Made by a program: the position numbers and the translations under genes. Positions 17,823 to 25,924 of a stretch of DNA of 36,227 bases are shown piece by piece (position 1 is the first letter of the stretch; each line of letters begins with the position of its first letter). The DNA is taken from the NCBI GenBank assembly GCA_009889585.1, contig WUQV01000308.1, forward strand, positions 1 through 36,227, read 5' to 3'. The DNA is from Candidatus Bathyarchaeota archaeon. GTDB taxonomy: Archaea; Thermoproteota; Bathyarchaeia; Bathyarchaeales; WUQV01. The notes beneath the pieces are model-generated. The model had not been told where the DNA came from and ran no database searches. It worked only from the letters and a program-made list of their open reading frames with translations.

Positions 17823-17995
17823 TAGCCGTTTTAAAACGCTTCTCCTCCTTATTCCTTCGGAGGCCATAAGTGAAGCTGTGAAGACAAAAGAAGTCGAGAT
17901 TTAGGCCATTTTCCCTCCTACGGCTCGTTTATGAAATTTTCACCTCCACCTCTTCACCTATCTCCATTAATGCGTGAAAGCCGACTAACGCTTAG

Positions 17996-18406
17996 ATGCC
18001 AGCAAGGAAGATGAGGGTGGAGGTGTTCGATCGAGGGGGCGATCGTTACGTCATCACCGTAGAGGGGCAGGTCACGAGGGAGAAGGCCTATCGAGTCTTC
18101 GACTTAATCGAGCTCTTGGGAGGGATCCCGAACTCATCGTTAAGGAATAGCTCGGCCGAGCTCTCTAAAATCGATAGAGTTCGTTCAATCGTAGAGAGGT
18201 ACTTCCCCTTGGTGTGGTTCTCGTCGAAGGACGTTCAATTTACGTACGAACGAGAGCTCGGGGAGTCGATTAAGTTGAGCACGGTCTCTACTTATTTATC
18301 TCGATTGGTAGATCGAGGCTTCTTAATGGTAGAAGGAGGACCTAATGCTAAGCGTTATAGGATGATAACCGAAATAGCACGAAGCGCCTTACACCTTATG
18401 AAGTAG
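17996..18406 (+). CDS. Small putative winged-helix DNA-binding protein next to the origin
   Basis: 136 aa. The C-terminal LSTVSTYLSRLVDRGFLMVEGGPNAKRYRM looks like a wHTH recognition helix plus wing. No family assigned. Confidence 0.5.
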   Translation: MPARKMRVEVFDRGGDRYVITVEGQVTREKAYRVFDLIELLGGIPNSSLRNSSAELSKIDRVRSIVERYFPLVWFSSKDVQFTYERELGESIKLSTVSTYLSRLVDRGFLMVEGGPNAKRYRMITEIARSALHLMK

Positions 18407-18586
18407 CAGGACTCTACCTTCGGAAGCTAACTATCGATTCCTTTCACGTCCCCTTCAAGAATATCTTCGTTGCTTCATTTTCATCACATCATAAATAAAA
18501 ATGGAAGAGGTAGAATGTCACTCTAACTCGAGCTAATACTTATGATTAAGCTTCTAGTGAGTTTACGATATTTAATGATGAAGAGT

Positions 18587-19267
18587 TCACGTAGCATTAG
18601 GACGCTCTTTAGATCCTCTTTCGAACCCTCTTAAGATCTTTAATGCCCCTTCATTAATACGATAGGAATACGGAACTTTTCTCATATCCCTCTCTAAGTA
18701 CCCTTGCTCATAAAGCTTCTTCATCAAACGGGCCGTATGTTCACGCGTAAGATTGATTCTACCCTTAATCTCTGGCACCGTTCTTTCCCCTTCATTCGCT
18801 AATATCTCTAAGACCATTAACTCGGTTCCAGTTAAACGAGCAATTGATCCCTCCATCGATATCGCCCTCCTATTAATCGGCTCATTTTCTACTGAAGCTT
18901 TAAGCTCAACTTGCTCTAACTTCATAAGCCTTCGCTCAATATCTTCTACTTTCTTACTTAGAACTTTAAAATCTTGCTTAATTTCATCTAACTCCGCTTG
19001 CCTTTGTCGCTTAACGGTAAGGCCTTCTCCTCTTAAGAGCAAGGCCTCAACCTTATATATGAGGAGGTTAAGGCGTTGTTCGCATACCTTCGACCAACGG
19101 TTGAAGATGGTTAAAGTAGAGCTTACGATGTCTTTAGCTTCTATGCGCTCCTTTTGAATTTCCCTCATCCTTTTGTAGTAAAGTATGGAAGCGCATACGC
19201 TTAAGGATAAGATGAAGGACGTTAAAATTAGAAGCAGCTCATGCATGTGATGGCCTCGCTTCATCAA
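18587..19267 (-). CDS. Membrane-anchored coiled-coil protein with a C-terminal MarR-like winged helix
   Basis: N-terminal TM helix LLLILTSFILSLSVCASILYY, a central coiled coil, and C-terminal GTELMVLEILANEGERTVPEIKGRINLTREHTARLMKKLYEQGYLER. One 80-nt hand count gives about 39% G+C. Confidence 0.6.
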   Translation of the reverse strand: MMKRGHHMHELLLILTSFILSLSVCASILYYKRMREIQKERIEAKDIVSSTLTIFNRWSKVCEQRLNLLIYKVEALLLRGEGLTVKRQRQAELDEIKQDFKVLSKKVEDIERRLMKLEQVELKASVENEPINRRAISMEGSIARLTGTELMVLEILANEGERTVPEIKGRINLTREHTARLMKKLYEQGYLERDMRKVPYSYRINEGALKILRGFERGSKERPNAT

Positions 19268-19346
19268 CGTGACTTAACGATCACGAGTAGATCACATTAA
19301 GGCGGATTAAAGCGTTATTACGACGTACTTGTGACATCACGTTAGA

Positions 19347-19811
19347 TTACCGAGGCGAAAGATCCTTCAGCATGAGCTCTATTTCTTCACGAAGGCCGCT
19401 AATCGCCTTTACGAATTTATCGCGTTCTTCACGTTCGTTTAAAACGCCTTTATACGCCTTGACGTAATCCTCGAGCTTGTTGGCGAGCTCGACGTAAGGG
19501 AGAAGGCTCACGTGCTCGAGGAGCCCTAAGTACCCTAGCAGAAGCACGGTGTAAATAGCTCGAGCGATGTTCCTTCTGGCCTGTTGCAAGGTCCTATGGA
19601 AAGCGCCTTTAGTTGATTCCGACCTCGTTAACCTCAATCGAGCTTTTTCATCGTACCTTAACGGTTTCTCCGAGATATTCTCGGCTAAAACGTCTATTAA
19701 GAGCGTTTCCACTTGCGCTTTTGTTAAATGGCTGTTATTCATCAACGTTTTCACGATCGGATCGTTTAACAGCTGCTGCACATGCTCTCGAACTTGTTCC
19801 TTAAGGTTCAA
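19347..19811 (-). CDS. Hypothetical helical protein, possibly a sigma-70 region-4-like HTH
   Basis: 154 aa. STKGAFHRTLQQARRNIARAIY resembles a region-4-type HTH. TTG start. Weak call. Confidence 0.45.
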   Translation of the reverse strand: MNLKEQVREHVQQLLNDPIVKTLMNNSHLTKAQVETLLIDVLAENISEKPLRYDEKARLRLTRSESTKGAFHRTLQQARRNIARAIYTVLLLGYLGLLEHVSLLPYVELANKLEDYVKAYKGVLNEREERDKFVKAISGLREEIELMLKDLSPR

Positions 19812-20020
19812 ACCCTTGACCGAAATGCCGCTCCCTGAGTATACGCTTTCGTATACGAGCTTATAAAACGGAAGCCAAGCTCGATCGAAAGCAAAAGGGG
19901 AAGCATGTGGCGATAACTCATAGGGCTAGATAAGTGTAAAACTATCTTAAGCGCTAAAAGCTTATGGTGTTAACAAGTTTCTGACGGCTTTTACGAAGGT
20001 TAGACCTAAAGGAGGATTAC

Positions 20021-21067
20021 TTAGTACAATCTAGCCCTAGGAAGATGAATCCTAACGTCTCCTAATGACGCTGAAATTGATATAATATCTTTCATAGTTA
20101 AGAGGCCTGGCCTTGCAGCTAATACCTTTGGAATAATATTTATAATCATAGCCACAGTTCCTATATCTCCATGTATTCCTCCGATTATCCTCTCCTTAAT
20201 AGTAGGCTCACCTTCTATAATTACTTCATCATATGGCTCTTCTATACCTGCATGAGAGATAAACTCAAGCGTTATAACCTTCTTCCCATTCACTACTCCA
20301 TAAGCTATGCTCCTCAGGCCTGCAACTTGTCCAGGTTTAACTATTAAATAAGTCGTCTTAAGCTCCCTTTCAGCAATCACTGGCTCTGGTGGCAACTCGA
20401 CTATTTCTTCTATACTCCATCCTAAGGCTGAAGCTACTTGAGCTATGGACTCAAAGAAGCCAACATGTCCAGTTATCTCTTTAGTCTTAATCTTCTCTTC
20501 AAACTCTTTTTTGCTTAAACCAGTACCTATCTTCTTCTGATATGAAATTCTTCTATCCCCTGAATACATCATTCGTGTAACCTTAACGCTATCTATCCTT
20601 AAACAAGGCGCCGTTAAAACTATTGGCAACGTATCCATTAGAAAACCAGGATTTATCCCCGTTCCTAAAACGGTTACATCCTTCTCTAAGGCAGCTCTAT
20701 CAATCTTACTAGCTAGCTCAGGATACTTAAGCCATGGATAAGAAAGCTCTTCACATGTTGATACTACATTTAGCCCAGCGTTAATACATCTCATTATCTG
20801 AGGATATGTATCTTTTAGATAAGAGCTAGTAGCATGAATAACTACATCAGCCTTCACAGAGCCTAAAAGATCATCCACCATATCCGTTACTTCAACTCCG
20901 ATTGTTGCTTTAATTCCAACCACGTTTCCGAGGTCTCTTCCGATGATCTCTTTATCGATGTCGATTGCCCCTACTATAATGTATCCTTTCCTTCTAAGTA
21001 AATGTTGTGCAACCATCCTTCCGATCGCGCCAACCCCATATAAAACGACCCTGACTTGATCGCGCAA
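20021..21067 (-). CDS. NAD(P)-dependent oxidoreductase, DapB-N-like / 2,4-diaminopentanoate dehydrogenase-type amine dehydrogenase family
   Basis: Rossmann N-terminus VVLYGVGAIGRMVAQHLL and GTGINPGFLMDTLPIVLT. 348 aa. Two 80-nt hand counts each give 34% G+C, well below the backbone. Confidence 0.65.
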   Translation of the reverse strand: MRDQVRVVLYGVGAIGRMVAQHLLRRKGYIIVGAIDIDKEIIGRDLGNVVGIKATIGVEVTDMVDDLLGSVKADVVIHATSSYLKDTYPQIMRCINAGLNVVSTCEELSYPWLKYPELASKIDRAALEKDVTVLGTGINPGFLMDTLPIVLTAPCLRIDSVKVTRMMYSGDRRISYQKKIGTGLSKKEFEEKIKTKEITGHVGFFESIAQVASALGWSIEEIVELPPEPVIAERELKTTYLIVKPGQVAGLRSIAYGVVNGKKVITLEFISHAGIEEPYDEVIIEGEPTIKERIIGGIHGDIGTVAMIINIIPKVLAARPGLLTMKDIISISASLGDVRIHLPRARLY

Positions 21068-21140
21068 GATTACGCACCTCCTTTACCCATCCTCAAGCTG
21101 AGCCCTTCATTAAAAGTTTTAAATAAGTGCCATGTGAACT

Positions 21141-21789
21141 ATGACGAAGTTAGGCAGCAAGGATTTATTTATGAACTCTACAAAGCAGCCTGGAGGATAC
21201 GCTCTGCTTCTCCATTGCTTGAGGCTTTGATAGGACTTATATGTGGAGGCTGAACGAAGGTGGAAGAGCTCTTTTACTAACAGGCTTTAAGACACCTCCA
21301 CTAAATGTACAAGAGACGGATGGACCACTTGGTGTAGCCTCGATAGCTCGCGTTTTAAAGATAGCTTTTAACATAACTCCGATAATCGTTATTGAGGATG
21401 GTTCCATACATGTAATGGAGGCCTTAAGGCCCTTCGAGCGAGAAAAATAGCCGTCGCTACACCGTATACAGATAAGTTAAATCAGCTTGAGAAAGTTTTT
21501 AGAGGCAAATGGCTTTAACGTTTTAAGCATTAAAGGCTTAGACATTGTATATAATTTTGAAATAGGGCTTCAGCCTCCAACGAAGGCTTATAAGATCAAA
21601 GGAAGTTTACACACGAGACATGGATTGCTTGCTCATTAGTTGTACAAACTTTAGGACAATAGAAGTAATAAATGTTCTAGGGGAGAGTTGGAAATTCCTG
21701 TAGCGTCGAGCAATACGGCGTCGTTGTGGATTTCCTTAAAAATGCTTCACGTCAGAAAGCTTCATAAGCGTGTAGGAGCCCTTTTTTAA
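21141..21789 (+). pseudogene. Decayed Asp/Glu-racemase-superfamily (maleate isomerase / arylmalonate decarboxylase-like) gene
   Basis: Family-like pieces are scattered over three frames:
- ALIGLICGG-TGA-TKVEELFY
- RKIAVATPYTDKLNQLEKVF
- EANGFNVLSIKGLDIV...
- DCLLISCTNFRTIEVINVL
- ELEIPVASSNTASLWISLKML

The frame changes fall near runs A5 (21443-21447), T5 (21496-21500) and G4 (21680-21683). Confidence 0.45.
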
Positions 21790-22244
21790 AGAAATTCTTT
21801 AGCAGCAAGAGATTACGAAGAATTCTAATAAGACTTCGGAGGAAAAGTCTTAAGCTAAGCTGCTTTAGTGAAGAGACTAAGATGCTGTTTGATAGCTGGA
21901 ATAATTATGATATCATTAATGTATTACTGCTATCAAATACATCTTATCTAGGTTAATTGTTTTGTAGCTTTTACCTACTCTAACCGCTAAGATAGGCGTT
22001 CTTTGATTTTAATAAATCCCCTAACAACTTCATCGAATGTAATGAGATCAGTAAGAAGTGTAGTGATGTCTATGCCAACTATGTACGTAGCTCATCTATG
22101 CCGAATTTTGCAGTACTTATTTAGATTTTTAAGAACTAAGCTTCAGGGAAGCTTCGAGAACATCGTTGTTACAGCTTTTATCGAACTCTTTTGATATAAA
22201 GATCGAGCGCAAGCTTAATTAAGCAGCACTTCATTCCATCGCCC

Positions 22245-22529
22245 GTGGGCCTCTATAACATCGCCCTCGTGTTATCGACGATCAGCGTAATCTTAGCGCT
22301 CTTGGTATTGGTCTACAACGTCCGGGAGATGGGCAAGATCGTCAAGATCATTAACGAAGGGTTCAAAAGCCTTCAGGAGGGACAAAAGGCGATAATGGGC
22401 ACGCTTAAGGGCCTTCAAGAGAGCCAAAAGTCGATAACAAGCGCGCTTAAGGATCTTCAAGAGGGACAAAGAGCTATAATAAGCGTACTTGAGCGGATTG
22501 CCGAACGGTTAAGCTTAAACAAGGAATGA
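22245..22529 (+). CDS. Small membrane-anchored protein with three 14-aa tandem coiled-coil repeats
   Basis: N-terminal TM helix IALVLSTISVILALLVLVY, then FKSLQEGQKAIMGT / LKGLQESQKSITSA / LKDLQEGQRAIISV. GTG start. Confidence 0.55.
   Translation: MGLYNIALVLSTISVILALLVLVYNVREMGKIVKIINEGFKSLQEGQKAIMGTLKGLQESQKSITSALKDLQEGQRAIISVLERIAERLSLNKE
22362..22487 (+). repeat. 3 x 42-bp in-frame tandem repeat
   Basis: The units start at 22362, 22404 and 22446. All share cttcaagagggacaaa-like cores. Confidence 0.8.
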
Positions 22530-22658
22530 GAAGAGCGTAAAGCCGGCTAAACCCTTCCTTAACCGCTTAAGGCCGGAGCTATCGAACCGTGATATCATCG
22601 CCTCGCTGGCAGCTCACGCGACGAGGGATTAAGCGCGCAGTAGATCACGACCGTGACC

Positions 22659-23489
22659 TCACAATACCTCGGATGCCTCGCTTAAGCGCCTTAAGAGATC
22701 CGCCCTTAAGTCCCGAACCGTCGGAACTGCGATGCTAGCTCGTTCCAAGTCCGCGTAATCGACCTGTCCGATGAGTAGATCCTCCTCATCGTACTTAGCC
22801 TTAACGACGAGCCCCCCGATCGGGTTGATCAAACGGCTCCCTCCCCAAAACTCCAAGCCGTCCTCGATGCCTACGAGGTTCACGTAAGCGAGGAACGCGT
22901 TATTTTCGATGGCTCTCGCCGCCGTTAACACTTCGAAGAACTCCCGACGGCCAGCTGGCGACGCCGAGATGCAGACGATCAGCTGCGCCCCCCTCAACCT
23001 CATCAAACGGCTTACCTCGGGGAAGAAGATATCATAACAAATCATCAACCCCAACCTCCCCAATGGCGTGTCAAAGACTGACACATCACCTCCTGGCCTG
23101 AAGTAGCGCTTCTCCTCGAAGACGCCGTGGGTCGGAAGGTAGAGCTTTCGATACTTTCCGATGTAACCGTCCGGCCCTAACAAGACGGCAGTGTTGTAGA
23201 TGACGCCTTCTACCCTCTCGCTGCGCTCTGGAATGCCGAATATGACGTAAGCTCGACAACCCTTGGCCTCCTCCTCCATCAATGAGGTCGAAGGGCCAGG
23301 CACTAGCTCCGCCAACTCGTATACCAAGTCCCGTATGACGTAACCAGTCGTTGAAAGCTCAGGGAATATGACTAATTGCGCACCTCTCTTCGTCGCCTCC
23401 TTCACAATCGCCTTCATCTTCTCAACATTACTCTCTTTATCTCCCACTTCACAATCAATTTGAGCTAATGCTACATTAATACCTCTCAT
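22659..23489 (-). CDS. Carbon-nitrogen hydrolase (nitrilase superfamily); candidate glutaminase partner of NadE
   Basis: CN-hydrolase pattern with FPELSTTGY (catalytic Glu), YRKLYLP (Lys) and LMICYDIFFPE (Cys). 276 aa. Lies 15 nt downstream of nadE. Confidence 0.88.
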   Translation of the reverse strand: MRGINVALAQIDCEVGDKESNVEKMKAIVKEATKRGAQLVIFPELSTTGYVIRDLVYELAELVPGPSTSLMEEEAKGCRAYVIFGIPERSERVEGVIYNTAVLLGPDGYIGKYRKLYLPTHGVFEEKRYFRPGGDVSVFDTPLGRLGLMICYDIFFPEVSRLMRLRGAQLIVCISASPAGRREFFEVLTAARAIENNAFLAYVNLVGIEDGLEFWGGSRLINPIGGLVVKAKYDEEDLLIGQVDYADLERASIAVPTVRDLRADLLRRLSEASEVL

Positions 23490-23504
23490 AGAGGCTCTCC
23501 ACTA

Positions 23505-24392
23505 CTAAGGCAATGTATAAGGGAGCCTAAAATCTGCCCCTATAGTTCGATATTCAAGCTTCACAGTTAAAGGCATCCTCCTTTTATGCTCCCTCGTTAA
23601 CCAACGCCTTTTCACGCTTTCGACGACTTCGACTGAAAGGCCTAATTGTTCAGCTATTTCATCGACCCTCATGAATCGCTCTAATCCATATAGTATCAAG
23701 TCTAAGACATCGTAATCCAAGCCCAGCTCCTCCTTCGCCGTTTGGCCGGGCCAAAGGGCTGGCGTCGACGGCCTTAAGGCTACCTCAGGAGGCACTCCGA
23801 TGTGAAGCGCCAATTGCCTTACTTGAGTCTTGTATAAATCCATAAGCGGCGCTATATCGGCCGCTATATCGCCCCATTTCGTGAAATACCCCAACATGAC
23901 CTCGGACTTATCTGAACTTCCGCAAACTATCATATTCAGCTTGTTTGCGTAATAGTAGATGCAAGCCGCTCGAGTTCTTACTTTAACGTTGCCCTTGCTG
24001 ATCTTATCGCTTGAATCGAATATCGGCAAGGCTTTGTAAAAGGCGTTAAGCACGGGCGTTATGTCGATTACCTCAGCCCGAAAGCCGAACCTATCGGCAA
24101 CGAGCTTCGCGTTTTGAACGTCAGCCGGGTCGTACGTCTCCCCCTCCGGAAGGATGAGGCCGAGAACTTTATCCCCTCCGATGGCTATTGACGAAAGCGC
24201 AGCCGCCGTGGAGCTATCCACGCCCCCTGATAGGCCTAAGACGACTCCGAAGGCTCCGCTCCTCCTCACGTAATCCTTAATGAACCGTTCGATCCTTTCC
24301 TCTACGTACGGCCAATCGAGCTTTAAGATGTCGCTCGTCAGCCTCAAGTCGATCGCCGTCAGTTGCGTAAACAATATAAACTCAACGGTCAA
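23505..24392 (-). CDS. nadE: NAD+ synthetase NadE (single-domain, ammonia-type architecture)
   Basis: PP-loop LGLSGGVDSS and the typical C-terminal region. 295 aa. TTG start, so the exact start is uncertain. Confidence 0.92.
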   Translation of the reverse strand: MTVEFILFTQLTAIDLRLTSDILKLDWPYVEERIERFIKDYVRRSGAFGVVLGLSGGVDSSTAAALSSIAIGGDKVLGLILPEGETYDPADVQNAKLVADRFGFRAEVIDITPVLNAFYKALPIFDSSDKISKGNVKVRTRAACIYYYANKLNMIVCGSSDKSEVMLGYFTKWGDIAADIAPLMDLYKTQVRQLALHIGVPPEVALRPSTPALWPGQTAKEELGLDYDVLDLILYGLERFMRVDEIAEQLGLSVEVVESVKRRWLTREHKRRMPLTVKLEYRTIGADFRLPYTLP

Positions 24393-24429
24393 AAGCCTTT
24401 AGTTCAATCGAAACGCAAGAGCCGATCAT

Positions 24430-25224
24430 ATGATAGGCCGAGTCGAGCGCTACCTCCTTGATCGCATAAAGGAGGAGGGCGCTATCCACATAACGCTCAT
24501 CGACCCCGAGGATGTTACATCTGCCTCAGCCTCGAGCATAGCTGAACAGGCTTCGCTTTCCGGGACCAAGGCCATCATGGTCGGAGGCTCGACGCTAGCT
24601 TCCACCTCTCAATTGGACGAAGTTGTGAAAGCCGTTAAACGAACGATAGAGCTCCCTGTGATACTCTTTCCAAATAACGTCACAGGCATAAGTCGTTACG
24701 CTGATGCGATATGGTTCATGTCCTTGATGAACTCATTAGACCCGTACTTCCTCACGGGGGCTCAAGCGCTCGGGGCGCCGTTGGTGAAGAAGTACGGCTT
24801 AGAGGCGATACCGCTCGGCTACGTAGTCGTCGGCGAAGGCAGCGCGGTAAGCGTGATCGGAAGGGCTTCGCCCATACCTTACGATAAGCCGGAGCTAGCA
24901 GTCGCTTACGCCCTTGCAGCTCAATACTTAGGCATGCGGTTCGTTTATCTTGAGGGCGGATCTGGAGCAAGGCAACCAGTCCCGGCGGAGATAATTCAAG
25001 CCGTTCGAAGATCCGTTGATGTTCCTCTTATCGTCGGCGGAGGCATAAGGACCGGTGAACAAGCTCGACAAGCTGTGGAGGCTGGAGCTGACATAATCGT
25101 CACCGGCAACGTCATCGAGGGTTCGGATGTAAGGGCCAAGGTTCAAGAGCTAGTCGAAGGCGTTAAAGATGGCGTAAGAGGCCGTAAACCAGCCAATCCC
25201 GTTCCTCCTCAGGGGTTTAAGTAA
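24430..25224 (+). CDS. Geranylgeranylglyceryl phosphate synthase (PcrB/GGGPS family)
   Basis: TIM-barrel family pattern with IHITLIDPE, YLEGGSGA and LIVGGGIRT. 264 aa. Confidence 0.9.
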   Translation: MIGRVERYLLDRIKEEGAIHITLIDPEDVTSASASSIAEQASLSGTKAIMVGGSTLASTSQLDEVVKAVKRTIELPVILFPNNVTGISRYADAIWFMSLMNSLDPYFLTGAQALGAPLVKKYGLEAIPLGYVVVGEGSAVSVIGRASPIPYDKPELAVAYALAAQYLGMRFVYLEGGSGARQPVPAEIIQAVRRSVDVPLIVGGGIRTGEQARQAVEAGADIIVTGNVIEGSDVRAKVQELVEGVKDGVRGRKPANPVPPQGFK

Positions 25225-25446
25225 GCTCTATCGGTTCTCTGGCGGAGATGATGGAAAAAGGATAAGATACGCTCTCATGACGGCTTAACGTGACTCACAT
25301 ATGATAAAAATAAAAATGGAGCCTAAGGTTGACGAACAGGCCTCATGCTGGCGACGACACGTATCGCCTCTTCTAACGTCAGAACAGGCGATATCCTAAA
25401 TTCGTAATTTATACCTTTAATCATTAGATTCAGACATATGGCGTAT

Positions 25447-25908
25447 TCAGTACTTCTTATGATATTCACGCCATCCAACGCGGGCCCTTACGTCAAGATA
25501 AACCCTCCAGTCACCAATCTCTATGAACCTTTGTCTAGATGGATCAACGATGTGGTATGGAAATCCTGACAATGGTATTATTTCTATACTGAGCTCTGCT
25601 GATGGTATGCTGGCATCATCTCTATTGCTATAGACCACTATTAACATGTTGCCAATCTCGCCATCCTTCACCTTTGCATAGACTGCCATTAATTTTAGGC
25701 CCTTTGGGAGCTCTGTAGGCAAGTAAAGCGTCATGCCTTTCTTAGCCCACTGCCTGACTACCTCATCAAGGGAGACTGCCTCGACTGGTGGTGGCATAGG
25801 GCCAATTACTAGCAATTCTCGCTCGACGCTCCTTAGATGAAGTCGAGGTAATAATACCGCCGCGAGAAGTATGAGCAAACTTAACAACATGAGTCTTGAT
25901 ATCTTCAT
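25447..25908 (-). CDS. Secreted or membrane-anchored hypothetical protein
   Basis: N-terminal signal/anchor MKISRLMLLSLLILLAAVLL. The start is preceded by GGTGGAGGG, a Shine-Dalgarno-like sequence. About 39% G+C in one hand-counted 80-nt sample. Confidence 0.55.
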   Translation of the reverse strand: MKISRLMLLSLLILLAAVLLPRLHLRSVERELLVIGPMPPPVEAVSLDEVVRQWAKKGMTLYLPTELPKGLKLMAVYAKVKDGEIGNMLIVVYSNRDDASIPSAELSIEIIPLSGFPYHIVDPSRQRFIEIGDWRVYLDVRARVGWREYHKKY

Positions 25909-25924
25909 GTCCCTCCACCACCTG

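Noticed and set aside
21241-21450. 69-aa ORF with an ETDGP motif as a stand-alone D-glutamate-cyclase-like (DUF4392) gene
   Set aside because: It is far too short for that family. Its C-terminus continues in another frame into IAVATPY, which is typical of the racemase-like family. I treated it as part of the decayed gene.
22003-22194. 63-aa plus-strand ORF in the low-GC island
   Set aside because: No recognisable features and a TTG start, in AT-rich DNA where random ORFs are short. There is insufficient support.
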